Source: Planctomycetota bacterium (lineage in GTDB: Bacteria > Planctomycetota > B15-G4 > SIAN01). From it: a DNA stretch of 64,000 nucleotides. The DNA lies in NCBI GenBank assembly GCA_031409275.1, contig JANNXA010000022.1, forward strand, positions 192,001 to 256,000, in the 5' to 3' direction. Below, in pieces: positions 18,001 through 26,930 of the stretch. The notes below the pieces were generated by a model. It searched no databases. It had not been told where the DNA came from and saw nothing but the letters and a program-made list of their open reading frames with translations. Positions within the stretch are counted from its first letter, which is position 1. Each line of letters opens with the position of its first letter. The position numbers were made by a program, and so were the translations under genes.

Positions 18001-18129
18001 GCGGATCCGGCGGCGGCCGCGTTGCTGCTTCCCCCCGAACCGGGCAGCGCGGTCGACCCTGCCGTCGCCGCTCTGGTCCTCTGTTGCTCGACGCTGTTGG
18101 CAAGCGATGCCGTGATGAGGGTGCGATGA
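15046..18129 (+). CDS. Planctomycete cytochrome c / DUF1549 / LamG / DUF1553 (PSCyt1-PSCyt2-PSD1) protein
   Basis: CFRCHGPD, WLDVARFADT, CARCHDHKYDPI, ARVAVNR, HPELLD.LA, RLSAE..RD..L. Start codon uncertain. Confidence 0.93.
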   Translation: MARSARRSRDEWRRLFAIAALGVGDPDRGALAPPDFQREVLPLLADRCFRCHGPDEGARKRGLRLDTAEGARALLKSGRRAIVPGDLAASEMVRRITSEDDRRVMPPADFARPLAEGERDLLLRWIEGGADYATHWAFVAPHRAPLPAVLDAGWCRDPLDRYVLARLEADALAPAPEADRSTWLRRASLALTGLPPTLEELAAFRASTAADAFERETDRLLASSAYAERMAADWLDVARFADTFGYQSDWDCNTWPWRDWLIGAFQRDLPFDEFIVEQIAGDLLPGATRDQRLATAFNRLHRQTNEGGSIDEEFRQEHLADRVSTYATAFLGLTVECARCHDHKYDPIGQADFYRLGAFFGAIDEAGTYAYSTGAIPRPVLRLPNVEQEAELARRDAVVAEATALYEQAVVAARSSSRERIAALPALLVAPPVRHEPLDGGAPGPSGSATALAGDDGPTFGDLPPFRRCDPLSVRLAVLCPDVKARATILHTSSFTIESDQQGYQLLLEEGHLAWQVLHLWPGSAAAIRTLEPFPLARFVDVVATYDGSSRGGGLRLYFDGEPVATEIVRDHLDGAATVRTLQIGHRDRDVGLAGGVVDEWMLFDRALTEIEVAELHAPGAFAASREALQAAEISPARDELAVALDANVASAFALLRAARAAQQELLESLREVMVMEASDHPRPTFVLTRGAYDQPDRSRPLAPDAAIPALLAFDPTWTHDRLGLARWTISPQNPLPARVAVNRLFALCFGRGLVDTQENFGTQGARPSHPELLDTLAVDFVESGWRVKAMLKRLVLSATFRQSSVATATQLDRDPLNRQLGRGPSIRLSAEMMRDQALLAAGLLVERLGGPSVKPWQPPGLWEEAGATGAYQPDVGADAHRRGLYTFRKRTAPPPNLVLFDAGSREQCLARRQPTQTPLQQLVVWNDPVYFEAARALAQRVASEGVELDGQLVRAFERLASRAPTVAELESLRSLHESQRRALLADPAAAALLLPPEPGSAVDPAVAALVLCCSTLLASDAVMRVR

Positions 18130-19532
18130 ACCGCCGCCATTTCCTCGCGAGCTCCGCGCTGGCACTCGGCCGCGTCGCGCTCGGCTCGATCGTTGGTGCA
18201 GGCAAAGCGACGGCCGGCACCGTGTCGTCGCAGCTCCCCCACTTCCGACCGCGGGCGAAGCGGGTGATCTACTTGTTCCAGTCGGGCGGTCCTTCGCACC
18301 TCGAGACCTTCGACTGGAAGCCGCGCCTGCGCGAATGGAACGGCCAGCCGCTGCCCGACTCGGTGCGCCGCGGCCAGCGCCTGACCGGGATGAGCGGCAA
18401 TCAATCGCAGCTGCCGCTCGCCGGCTCGTTCACCGACTTCCATCCGCACGGCCGATCGGGGTTGATGATCAGCGACCTCCTGCCGCACACGGCGGCGCTC
18501 GCCGACCAGCTTTGCGTGGTGCGCACCATGCACACCGAGGCGATCAACCACGATCCCGCGATCACCTTCTTCTGCACGGGCCATCAGCAGCCCGGCCGCG
18601 CGTCGATGGGTTCGTGGCTCTCGTATGGACTCGGCAGCCTGAACGAGGACCTGCCGGCGTTCATCGTGCTGGTATCGAAGGACGCACCGCGCGATCAACC
18701 GCTCTATTCACGCCTTTGGGGCAGCGGGTTCCTCAGCAGCGAGCACGGCGGAGTGCAATTCCGTGCCGGCGCGGAGCCAGTGCTCTACCTCGCCGACCCG
18801 CCGGGCGTCTCGTCGCAGGCGCGGCGCGCGATGCTCGACACGCTGCGCCAGCTTGACGGCGAACAGCAGGAGCGGACGCAGGATCCTGCCATCGCCGCGC
18901 AGATCGCGCAGGCCGAGATGGCGTTTCGCATGCAGACCAGCATTCCCGAAGCGACCGCGACTGCCGGCGAGCCCGACGAAGTCTTCGAGCTCTACGGCGA
19001 GGCGGCGCGAACGCCAGGAACCTACGCCGCCAACTGCTTGTTGGCGCGCCGACTCGTCGAGCGCGGCGTGCGCTTCGTGCAGCTCTTCCATCAGGGTTGG
19101 GATCAACATGGATCACTGCCCGGCGGGATCAGCCACCAATGCAAGACCACCGATCAGGCGTCCGCCGCGCTGGTCACCGACCTGGCGCGCCGCGGTCTGC
19201 TCGAAGACACGCTGGTGGTCTGGGGTGGCGAGTTCGGACGCACCGCCTACTGCCAGGGACGCATGAGCGGCGGCGATTACGGGCGCGACCACCACCCGCG
19301 TTGCTTCTCGATCTGGATGGCGGGCGGCGGCGTCAAGGGAGGTCATGCGCACGGCCAGACCGACGAACTCGGCTACAACGTCGAGTCGGATGGCGTCCAC
19401 GTCCACGACCTGCATGCGACGATGCTGCATCTGCTCGGCATCGACCACGAGCGCCTCACTCACCTGTTCCAGGGCCGCTACTTCCGCCTCACCGACGTCG
19501 CGGGTGAAGTCGTGCACGACCTGATCGCGTAG
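18126..19532 (+). CDS. DUF1501 domain protein (Tat signal)
   Basis: MNRRHFL; AKRVIYLFQSGGPSHLETFD; WDQH; GEFGRT; GRDHHP; ATGA coupling to the PSD1 gene. Confidence 0.95.
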   Translation: MNRRHFLASSALALGRVALGSIVGAGKATAGTVSSQLPHFRPRAKRVIYLFQSGGPSHLETFDWKPRLREWNGQPLPDSVRRGQRLTGMSGNQSQLPLAGSFTDFHPHGRSGLMISDLLPHTAALADQLCVVRTMHTEAINHDPAITFFCTGHQQPGRASMGSWLSYGLGSLNEDLPAFIVLVSKDAPRDQPLYSRLWGSGFLSSEHGGVQFRAGAEPVLYLADPPGVSSQARRAMLDTLRQLDGEQQERTQDPAIAAQIAQAEMAFRMQTSIPEATATAGEPDEVFELYGEAARTPGTYAANCLLARRLVERGVRFVQLFHQGWDQHGSLPGGISHQCKTTDQASAALVTDLARRGLLEDTLVVWGGEFGRTAYCQGRMSGGDYGRDHHPRCFSIWMAGGGVKGGHAHGQTDELGYNVESDGVHVHDLHATMLHLLGIDHERLTHLFQGRYFRLTDVAGEVVHDLIA

Positions 19533-19539
19533 CCGCCGC

Positions 19540-19941
19540 TCAACCGCCCGCCCGCTTCACGGTGAAGCCGCGCGCGACGAGCTCCGCTTCCACGCGATCG
19601 CGCTGATCGCCCTGCAGTTCGATCACGCCGTCGCGCAGCGTCCCGCCGGTGCCGCAGCGCTGCTTCAGCGTCTTGGCCAACGCGGCAAGTTCGACGGCGT
19701 CGAGCGGCACTCCAGCGACGACGGTGACCGTCTTGCCGCCGCGCTGCTGCGTCTCGCGGCGAAGCACAACGATGCCATCCCCGCGCGTGGCCGCTGGCGG
19801 CGCCGCCGCGGCACGTCGTCCGGCGCAGCGGCAGCTCGCCACCGGTTGCGCGCAGCGGGGGCAGACGCGACCGAGGCCGCTGATGTAGACCACGCCGCCG
19901 GGGGGTCGGGCGCCACCGCCTCCCTTCGCGCCATTGCTCAT
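19540..19941 (-). CDS. yciH: SUI1 family translation initiation factor / stress translation inhibitor YciH
   Basis: RGGKTVTVV, LK..CGTGGT..DGVIELQGDQR; ends VKRAGG. Confidence 0.92.
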   Translation of the reverse strand: MSNGAKGGGGARPPGGVVYISGLGRVCPRCAQPVASCRCAGRRAAAAPPAATRGDGIVVLRRETQQRGGKTVTVVAGVPLDAVELAALAKTLKQRCGTGGTLRDGVIELQGDQRDRVEAELVARGFTVKRAGG

Positions 19942-19949
19942 CGAAGGGC

Positions 19950-20660
19950 TCAGCGAAGCGCCGCGTAGACGCGATGCACGTCGTCGTTCTCGTCGAGCGC
20001 GTGCAGGAATGCCACGACCTCGGCGTGCGCCTCGGCGGCAAGTTCGACGTTCTCCTTCGCGACGAAGCCGAGTTCGGCGACGGTGACGGTCCAGCCCGCC
20101 TTCTGCAGGTTCTTGGTGACCACATCCACGTCGCCGCGGTCGGTGACGAAGTGACCGCCGCTCTGGCCGGCGGGCGTCTCCTCGAGCGGCTCGACGTTCT
20201 GCGCGCCGACCTCGATCGCGACCGATTCCAAGTCCTGGCCGCCGGTCGGGTGGCTCGCCTCGATCAGGCCGACGTGATGGAAGAGGAATCCCACCTTCGC
20301 CCCCATCTGTCCGTCGCGGAAGAGGACGCGGATCTCGGGGACGGTGCGATTGCGGTTGTCGGAGTAGCACTCCACGATGACCGGCACCTGGTGCGGCGCG
20401 TAGCCCTCGAACGTCAGCAGTTCGAGGTCGACCTTCTCGCCGGTGAGTCCCGCCCCCTTCTTGATCGCGCGCTGGATCGTGTCATTGGTGACCGAAGCCT
20501 TGCGCGCCGCCTCGACGGCCAGAGCGAGGCGGGAGTTGAGCGTCGGGTCGGGGTTGCCCGCCTTCGCCGCGACGGTGATCTCGCGGACGAGCTTGGTCGA
20601 GACCTTGCCGCGCTTCGCGGCGTTCACTTCGCGCTTCTTCAGCAACCACTGCCGTCCCAT
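19950..20660 (-). CDS. yebC: YebC/PmpR family protein
   Basis: KLVREITVAAKAG.PDP..NSRL, IQRAIKKG, FEGYAP..V.VIVEC.SDNRNRT, LDENDDV..VY. Confidence 0.93.
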   Translation of the reverse strand: MGRQWLLKKREVNAAKRGKVSTKLVREITVAAKAGNPDPTLNSRLALAVEAARKASVTNDTIQRAIKKGAGLTGEKVDLELLTFEGYAPHQVPVIVECYSDNRNRTVPEIRVLFRDGQMGAKVGFLFHHVGLIEASHPTGGQDLESVAIEVGAQNVEPLEETPAGQSGGHFVTDRGDVDVVTKNLQKAGWTVTVAELGFVAKENVELAAEAHAEVVAFLHALDENDDVHRVYAALR

Positions 20661-20730
20661 CGTGCTTCTCTGCCTCCGTTGGCCGACTTCGCGAAGGCGG
20701 GAGGATAAGCGTCGGCCTATTCTCTGCGCC

Positions 20731-21270
20731 ATGCCACCTCGCACCGAGTTCCTGCGCGCACTCCTGCGGCTGATCCTCCTGGCGGCGCTCGCCAGCGCGC
20801 CGATCTTCCTGTTCGCCGAGGGCTTCTCCGCGCAGAGCGCGCTGCGCGTCGCGGCCTCCAATGGCGTCGCGGCGCTGCTCTGCGCGGTGCTCTTGCGTCA
20901 GGTCGGCCGCGGCCACGAAACGGCGATCGCGCGTTGGCTGGTCGGCGGACTGCTCGCGCTCGTGGTCGGCCTCGCCAGCAGCAATGGCGAAGCGATCCAC
21001 GTGAACGTCGTCAATTTCGTGCTCGTGACGCTGCTGGCGAGCGTGCTGATCGGCACGCGCGGGCTGCTCCTGGTGGCGGCCATCAGCGCGGTCGCGATGG
21101 CGGCGATCGCGTGGCGGCAGGCGGTGGCGCCGCCGGGCGAAGAGATCGCCGAGGCGCGCCTCGAGGCGATCGCCCAGTTCCTGCCGACCTACGCGGTGAT
21201 CGTGGCGATCTTGTGGCGGCGCGAGCGCGCGGACACGGGGCTCACCAGACCGTCGGCGCGTAATCCTTGA
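20731..21270 (+). CDS. Small multi-pass membrane protein
   Basis: About 5-6 hydrophobic segments; GC3-biased codons; TATTCT box 7 nt before ATG; 3' end overlaps the convergent SDR gene. Confidence 0.7.
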   Translation: MPPRTEFLRALLRLILLAALASAPIFLFAEGFSAQSALRVAASNGVAALLCAVLLRQVGRGHETAIARWLVGGLLALVVGLASSNGEAIHVNVVNFVLVTLLASVLIGTRGLLLVAAISAVAMAAIAWRQAVAPPGEEIAEARLEAIAQFLPTYAVIVAILWRRERADTGLTRPSARNP

Positions 21271-22768
21271 GGAAGAGCCCGCTCACGTGGCTGCCCGTCA
21301 GGAAGCCGCTGATGATCGGGTCGCACACGCGCGCGGCCCCGTCGACGATGTCGAGCGGCGGCTGGAAGCCCTCTTCTTCCTTGCGGCGCGCGATCTCGAC
21401 CGGGTCCTCGTCGGTCACCCAACCGGTATCGACGCTGTTCATGTGGATGCCCGACTTGCGGTAATCGACCGCGCACGTGCGGGTCATCATGTTGAGCGCC
21501 GCCTTCGCCATGTTCGTGTGCGGGTGCTTGTCGGTCTTCGTCCCGCGGCCGAACTGCCCTTCCATCGCGGAGACGTTGACGATGTGCTTGTCGGCGCTCG
21601 CGACGCGCTCCATCAGCGGCTTGAGTCGCGCGTTCAGCACGAAGGGCGCAATCGAGTTCACCAGCTGCACTTCGAGCAGCTCCGGCGTCGCCACCTCGTG
21701 CAGGCGCAAGCGCCAGCTGTTCACCTTGCGCAGATCGACCTGCTGGCGATCGACGTCGTAGGCGTGTTCCGGAAAGAGCGCGAGATCGGGCTTCTGATCG
21801 TCGGGGTGTAGCGCGATCTGCGACAGCTCGGCGGCCGCCGCGTGGTCGAACCTCAGCGCGGGCGCGTGGTCGCCCGGCTTCGTCGGGGCGACTCCACCGA
21901 GCAGCGCGCGCGGCGCTTCCGCCAGCGCCTCCGCCGCGCCGCGTTCGAGCGCCAGCAGGTGCGCGTACCAGGCCGGCGGGCGACGCACCGTCTGGCAGGC
22001 GTTGTTGACGATGAAGTCGAGGCGATCGAGCGATTCGAGAAGGTGGTGGCAGAGCCGCTCGACGCTGGGCGTGTGGCGCAAGTCGAGCCCGAAGATGCGC
22101 AGCCGATCGCGGAACGAGTCGAATTCGGGAAGTTGCGCGTAGCGCGTCGCCGCGTCGGCGGCGAAGCGGGTCGTGACGATCACGCGCGCACCGCAGCGCA
22201 GCAGCTTGAGCACGATCTGCTGACCGATCTTGACGCGGCCGCCGGTCACCAGGGCGACGCGGCCGGTGAGGTCGCAGAGCTCACCGCGCTTGGCGTGGTT
22301 CAGGTCGCCGCAGGCGCCGCACATCGAGTCGTAGAAGAAGTGGATCTGCGTGTAGGGCGTCTTGCAGATGTAGCAGAAGCGCGGCGTCTCGAGCCGCGCG
22401 CCCGAAGGTGGCGGGTCGTTGCGAGGCGTTGGCGCGCTGCCGACGCGCGCCGGCAATGCATGCCGGGGCAGCGCTGCGTGGCCCTCCTTGTCGGCGAGGC
22501 GCGATTGACGGAGCGCCGCTTGATCGAGCGCGGCGCGATCGCGTTGACGCCGCTCCCAATGGTCCTGCTTGCGCAGCGCGCGCCGATGGCGGCGGCGCTC
22601 CACCTCGCTCGGGTCGGCGAGCCGCCCGCAAGCCGCGAGCAACTGCTTTCGCAGCTCGAGCGGCACTGCCGTGAGGCTGGTGCGGTCGCTGCCGAGGCGC
22701 TCGAGCTGCGCGATCAGGGCGACCCAATCGGGATCGGGGGCGGCAGTCGGTGTCGGATCGGCGCTCAT
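21242..22768 (-). CDS. SDR family oxidoreductase with N-terminal CxxC..CxxC motif
   Basis: ALVTGGRVKIG, VNNACQT, NVSAMEG, HPHTNMAKAALNM; CYICK...MCGAC. Confidence 0.88.
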   Translation of the reverse strand: MSADPTPTAAPDPDWVALIAQLERLGSDRTSLTAVPLELRKQLLAACGRLADPSEVERRRHRRALRKQDHWERRQRDRAALDQAALRQSRLADKEGHAALPRHALPARVGSAPTPRNDPPPSGARLETPRFCYICKTPYTQIHFFYDSMCGACGDLNHAKRGELCDLTGRVALVTGGRVKIGQQIVLKLLRCGARVIVTTRFAADAATRYAQLPEFDSFRDRLRIFGLDLRHTPSVERLCHHLLESLDRLDFIVNNACQTVRRPPAWYAHLLALERGAAEALAEAPRALLGGVAPTKPGDHAPALRFDHAAAAELSQIALHPDDQKPDLALFPEHAYDVDRQQVDLRKVNSWRLRLHEVATPELLEVQLVNSIAPFVLNARLKPLMERVASADKHIVNVSAMEGQFGRGTKTDKHPHTNMAKAALNMMTRTCAVDYRKSGIHMNSVDTGWVTDEDPVEIARRKEEEGFQPPLDIVDGAARVCDPIISGFLTGSHVSGLFLKDYAPTVW

Positions 22769-22828
22769 GAAGGGGCAAGAGGTTAGCGCCGCGGACCGTC
22801 GCCTGCGGCGCAGCGCTATCGTCGCGGC

Positions 22829-23296
22829 ATGTTTGATCCCCAGCACGCCCTGCTCAGCAAGCTGCTTGCGGCCGTCGCCGCCAGGCTCGACGTCGACCCG
22901 GCCGACCCGACGGCGTGGAGCGAGGCCGCCGCCGCGCTCGAACCGACGCGCGCCGCCGAACCGGACGTCGCCCGCGTCGTCGATGCAAAGGATCAGGCCG
23001 GTTTGAAGACGCTGCTCGCGGAGTGGCTGGCGGGGACGCGCCTGCTCCCCGAGCAGGATCGCGGCGTCCTCCACAGCGCGCTCAAGGCGTTCAAGAAGAG
23101 CCTCAAGCTGATGCGCCTCGACGACGAGTCGCGCATCGGCGGCGGCGCGATGAGCAGCGGCCACAAGTCAGGCATCGTCGGCATCCGGCCTCCCGATCGC
23201 TTCGGTCGCGAAGTGTGGGACGAGCTGGTGCGCACCGGCCGCTTGAAGGGTGGACGCGGTGGCGTCTACGAGATGCCGCCGACTCCGATGCCGTAA
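22829..23296 (+). CDS. Conserved hypothetical protein (ALKAFKK.LKL.RLDDES type)
   Basis: GC3-biased ORF; C-terminal half resembles a small conserved planctomycete protein (from memory); TATCGT box 6 nt before ATG. Confidence 0.75.
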   Translation: MFDPQHALLSKLLAAVAARLDVDPADPTAWSEAAAALEPTRAAEPDVARVVDAKDQAGLKTLLAEWLAGTRLLPEQDRGVLHSALKAFKKSLKLMRLDDESRIGGGAMSSGHKSGIVGIRPPDRFGREVWDELVRTGRLKGGRGGVYEMPPTPMP

Positions 23297-23341
23297 CCGG
23301 CGGTCGCGGCCTCCACGGTGGAAAGGAGTCCGAAGTTGCGA

Positions 23342-24781
23342 ATGGTGTCGCTCCTCGCCGTTCTGGCGGCTGCTGCGTTGCCAGGCCGCGTGCGACCGTC
23401 CGGGCTGCTGCAGGACGCCGCCACAGCAGCGTCCGTCGTGGGGATCGAGTGTCGTGGCGCCGTCGATGGCGTGCTCGTCGAAGGAGAGCCGCCGTCGCTG
23501 CTCGTGCATGGCGTCGCGCCGCACGAGCGGATCAAGGTGCACGCGCTGCGTTGCCTCGAGCGCTGGGAGTCGATCGCCGGGGAATGGCGCTCGCGGGCGG
23601 TCACGCTGCACAGTTTCGCTTCCTTCGATGCGGACGCTGCCGGGGCCGTCGAAGTCGATTCCAGCGCGCCGATCGCCGGAACCTGGCGTGTCGCCGATCC
23701 GCTCGGCCTCTTCTGGTCGGGACGGCCAGTCGGCGCGGACGCACCGTTGCCGACGGAACTCGTCGCCCGTCGAGCGCCCGACGCTGGCGCGGTCGAGTTC
23801 GCGCTCGAACGCAGCGGCAAGTTCGTCGCCCGATCGCGTGTCAAGCTCGTCGCCGGCGGCGGCGAGCTCGACTGCTGCGACGTGCGGGAAGGCGCGCTGG
23901 CCGGAGCCTACGCCCATCCGCCGGGCGACGGCCCCTTCCCCGTGATCATCGTCCTGCACGGCAGCGAAGGCTCGAGTCGTGACGCGGCGCGCGCGTCGGC
24001 GCTGCGCTTCGCGGCCCGCGGTTTCGCCACCTTCGCGCTCAGTTACTTCGCGCGTCCGTGGCTCGCGATCGAGGGGGTCGCGACTGATGCGGTGAACGTC
24101 CCGATCGAATGCATCGAGCAGGCGCGCGATTGGCTCGAAGCGAACTCCTCAGTCGCCGACGTCGATCGCATCGGGCTCTATGGAGTCAGCAAGGGGGCCG
24201 AACTCACCCTGGTCGCGCTCAGCGAGTTCGACTGGCTGCGCGCCGGTGTGGCGTGCGTTCCATCCGACGTCGTCTTCGAGGGCTACGGCCGCGCGCCGCA
24301 CGACGGTGAGCTGTGCTCCTCCTGGACGGTGGCGGGGCGATCGCTGCCCTACGTCTCCTACCTGCCCTTCGACGCCTACCTGGCCGCGCATCCTGGGAAC
24401 AACGCGGCGAACTGGCACGCCGCGTCGCGCGAGGCGGCCGGTGCGGCGCGCGCGGCGGACGCGCGCATTCCGGTCGAGCGCATCGCGGTGCCGCTGCTCC
24501 TGCTGGCCGGCGGCAAGGACGAGGTCTGGCCGTCCGCCGCGATGGCGCGATCGGTCGCGGCGCAGATGGAAGCGGCCGGCTCCGGCGACCGCGTGGTGCT
24601 CCGTGTCTTCGAGCAGGCCAACCATCAGATCGCAGGCACGGGCGCCGAGCCGGTCTTCCTGCACTCCACGGCGCCGCGCGGGGAGCACGACGCCGATCCG
24701 CTCGACGTCGGCGTCGCCACCGCGGCCGCCTGGCGCGCAACGATCGCGTTCCTGCGAGAAGAGCTCGGCGCCGAGCGGTGA
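23342..24781 (+). CDS. Acyl-CoA thioesterase / BAAT-like alpha/beta hydrolase
   Basis: F.ADAAGAV.V, GLFWS, LHGSEG, GVSKGAE nucleophile elbow, GGKDEVWPS, ANH. Confidence 0.85.
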   Translation: MVSLLAVLAAAALPGRVRPSGLLQDAATAASVVGIECRGAVDGVLVEGEPPSLLVHGVAPHERIKVHALRCLERWESIAGEWRSRAVTLHSFASFDADAAGAVEVDSSAPIAGTWRVADPLGLFWSGRPVGADAPLPTELVARRAPDAGAVEFALERSGKFVARSRVKLVAGGGELDCCDVREGALAGAYAHPPGDGPFPVIIVLHGSEGSSRDAARASALRFAARGFATFALSYFARPWLAIEGVATDAVNVPIECIEQARDWLEANSSVADVDRIGLYGVSKGAELTLVALSEFDWLRAGVACVPSDVVFEGYGRAPHDGELCSSWTVAGRSLPYVSYLPFDAYLAAHPGNNAANWHAASREAAGAARAADARIPVERIAVPLLLLAGGKDEVWPSAAMARSVAAQMEAAGSGDRVVLRVFEQANHQIAGTGAEPVFLHSTAPRGEHDADPLDVGVATAAAWRATIAFLREELGAER

Positions 24782-24899
24782 GCGGCTCCTCGCGGCGCCG
24801 CTCGGCCGACGCGACGGATCTGGGCGTCCACTCACTACTCTGGTCGCCGTTCAAGAACTTCAAAGGGCCGCGGCTCGCGGCTCTCAGTCAGGAGATCCC

Positions 24900-25676
24900 A
24901 TGACCGATCCGCGATTCAAGAAGCCCGCCGACATCCTCGCTCGTCGGGAGTTCCTCGCTGTCGCAGCGGCGGGCGCTGCGCTGGCTGCCGCCACGCCGGC
25001 GTTGCAGGCTGCCGCCGCGGCCGTTCCGGCGCCCCCGAAGACGCCGGCGATTCCGGCGGTCGCGCGGCCGCGCGCCACGATCGAGCTGCCGCCGCTTCCC
25101 TACGCCGAGAACGCCCTCGAACCGGTCATCTCGGCGCAGACGATCGGCTTCCACTACGGCAAGCACCACCGCGCGTATGTCGACAACGTCAACAAGATGG
25201 TGGCCGGAACCGACCTCGAGAAGGCCTCGCTCGAGCAGATCGTCGCGGCGGCGGCGGCGGGCGGCCCCGACAAAGCGGGCCTGTTCAACAACGCCGCACA
25301 GGTATGGAACCACACGTTCTATTGGAACAGCCTGACCGCTGGCGGCGGCGGCAAGCCCGAGGGCGACTTGCTGGCGAAGATCGAGGCGTCGTTCGGCACC
25401 TTCGAGAAGCTGAAGGAAGAACTCGCCAACGCGGGCAAGTCGCAGTTCGGAAGCGGCTGGGCCTGGCTCGTGCAGGACGGCGCGACGCTCAAGGTGATGA
25501 AGACGGCGAACGCCGAAACGCCGATCACCAAGGGGCTGAAGCCGTTGCTCACGCTCGACGTGTGGGAGCACGCCTACTACCTCGACTACCAGAATCGTCG
25601 CCCCGACTACCTCGCGGCGCTGATCGACAAGCTGGTCTCGTGGAAGTTCGCCGCGGCCAACCTCGCGAAGAGCTGA
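24900..25676 (+). CDS. sodB: Fe-type superoxide dismutase with Tat signal peptide
   Basis: RREFL Tat motif; LPPLPYAENALEP, HYGKHH, FNNAAQVWNHTFYW (AAQ, Fe-type), DVWEHAYY; AGGAG RBS. Confidence 0.93.
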   Translation: MTDPRFKKPADILARREFLAVAAAGAALAAATPALQAAAAAVPAPPKTPAIPAVARPRATIELPPLPYAENALEPVISAQTIGFHYGKHHRAYVDNVNKMVAGTDLEKASLEQIVAAAAAGGPDKAGLFNNAAQVWNHTFYWNSLTAGGGGKPEGDLLAKIEASFGTFEKLKEELANAGKSQFGSGWAWLVQDGATLKVMKTANAETPITKGLKPLLTLDVWEHAYYLDYQNRRPDYLAALIDKLVSWKFAAANLAKS

Positions 25677-25841
25677 CGCTCGCCGTCGAGCGGATCGGCT
25701 GGACGAGCGATCGCGCGATCCGTCGCCGGCCCCGTCGGTGCCTCCGCACCGGCGGGTTCGGCCGTTGCTCAAGTCCGTGCGGGCCGGCTCCGCGCGGCGG
25801 TGACTTCGGCGCGCAGGGCATCCCAGCCGATCAGGACTCCC

Positions 25842-26381
25842 ATGAGCCTCCACAACGTCACCGCAGGCGCCGGCGTACCCGACGAGTTCCACGTGATCAT
25901 CGAGATCCCGATGAACGCGGACCCGATCAAGTACGAGGTCGACGAGGCGAGCGGCGCGCTCTTCGTCGATCGCTTCATGAGCACGGCGATGCACTACCCG
26001 TGCAACTACGGCTACATCCCGCAGACCAAGGCCGATGACGGCGATCCCGTGGACGTGCTGGTGATCACGCCGGTCGCGTTGCTGACCAGCGTCGTCGTGC
26101 GCTGCCGGCCGATCGGCATGCTGCAGATGGAGGACGAGGCGGGCGGCGACAACAAGCTGCTGGCCGTGCCGGTCACCAAGGTGCTGCCGCTCTACGCGCA
26201 ATGGCAGGAGCCCGAGGACTTGAACCCGATGCGCTTGCACGCGATCCAGCACTTCTTCGAGCACTACAAGGACCTCGAACCGGGCAAGTGGGTCAAGGTG
26301 AGGGGGTGGAAGAGTTCGCTCGAGGCGAAGGCCGAAGTGATCGCCGGCATCGCGCGCTGGAAGGCGACGCACGGAGGCTGA
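25842..26381 (+). CDS. ppa: Family I inorganic pyrophosphatase
   Basis: IEIP, KYE.D, VDRF, YP.NYGYIP.T..DDGDPVDVLV, FFEHYKDLE.GKWVK. Confidence 0.96.
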   Translation: MSLHNVTAGAGVPDEFHVIIEIPMNADPIKYEVDEASGALFVDRFMSTAMHYPCNYGYIPQTKADDGDPVDVLVITPVALLTSVVVRCRPIGMLQMEDEAGGDNKLLAVPVTKVLPLYAQWQEPEDLNPMRLHAIQHFFEHYKDLEPGKWVKVRGWKSSLEAKAEVIAGIARWKATHGG

Positions 26382-26390
26382 GCGCGCGTC

Positions 26391-26930
26391 TCAGCCCATC
26401 ACCCGCAAGTACTGCGACCACGGTCCGACCGCGGACTTCCAGCGCTTCGCCAGCGTCCGCTCGATCTGCACCAGGTGGTTCAGGTCATGGGCGACCCAGG
26501 TTGCGAGCAGCTGTCCAAGCGTGACCGTTCCCAGCGCCGGATGGAGGCCGCGTCGATCGAGGTCCGCCGGCGCCAGCGACAGCGCGGCGAGTGCCGCGAG
26601 GCTCTCGCCACGCCGCTGCGCGAACTCGTCCAGAAGCGCTTCGATCGCCTGCGGCGGCGCGCGCAACTGGGCGAAGCGATCGAACGGCTCGAACGGAACG
26701 CTCTCAGCATGCTCGAGCAGATGGCGCGCGCGCGGGATCCAGTCGCTCTTCTCGCCGTGGATCAGGTGGCCGACGACGACGCGCGGGCTCCAGGTGCCCG
26801 CCCCCTCGTCGGCGTCGAGCCAGACTGCCGGCACTCCTCGCAGCAGCGCATCGACCACCCGCGGCGTCCGCTCGAGCAGCGGCACGCCCTCGTCCAGTCG
26901 AAACGCTGCGAGCGAGGGTGGCGCGCTCAC
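26391..26930 (-). CDS. DinB family protein (DinB_2 / thiol S-transferase-like)
   Basis: TWS...VVGHLIHGE..DWIPR; HPALG.VTL.QLL.TW..HDLNH. Confidence 0.88.
   Translation of the reverse strand: MSAPPSLAAFRLDEGVPLLERTPRVVDALLRGVPAVWLDADEGAGTWSPRVVVGHLIHGEKSDWIPRARHLLEHAESVPFEPFDRFAQLRAPPQAIEALLDEFAQRRGESLAALAALSLAPADLDRRGLHPALGTVTLGQLLATWVAHDLNHLVQIERTLAKRWKSAVGPWSQYLRVMG

Noticed and set aside
15544..18165. 873-aa minus-strand ORF (and similar ones at 50159..52732 and 29803..31683)
   Set aside because: Mirror frames of the PSD1 protein, the EF-hand protein and topA.
24180..24899. Long N-terminal extension of the SOD ORF in the track (likewise 34512, 41541, 47874, 57615 and 3494..5155)
   Set aside because: The extensions overlap other genes or intergenic DNA; downstream starts with RBS or signal peptides are better supported.
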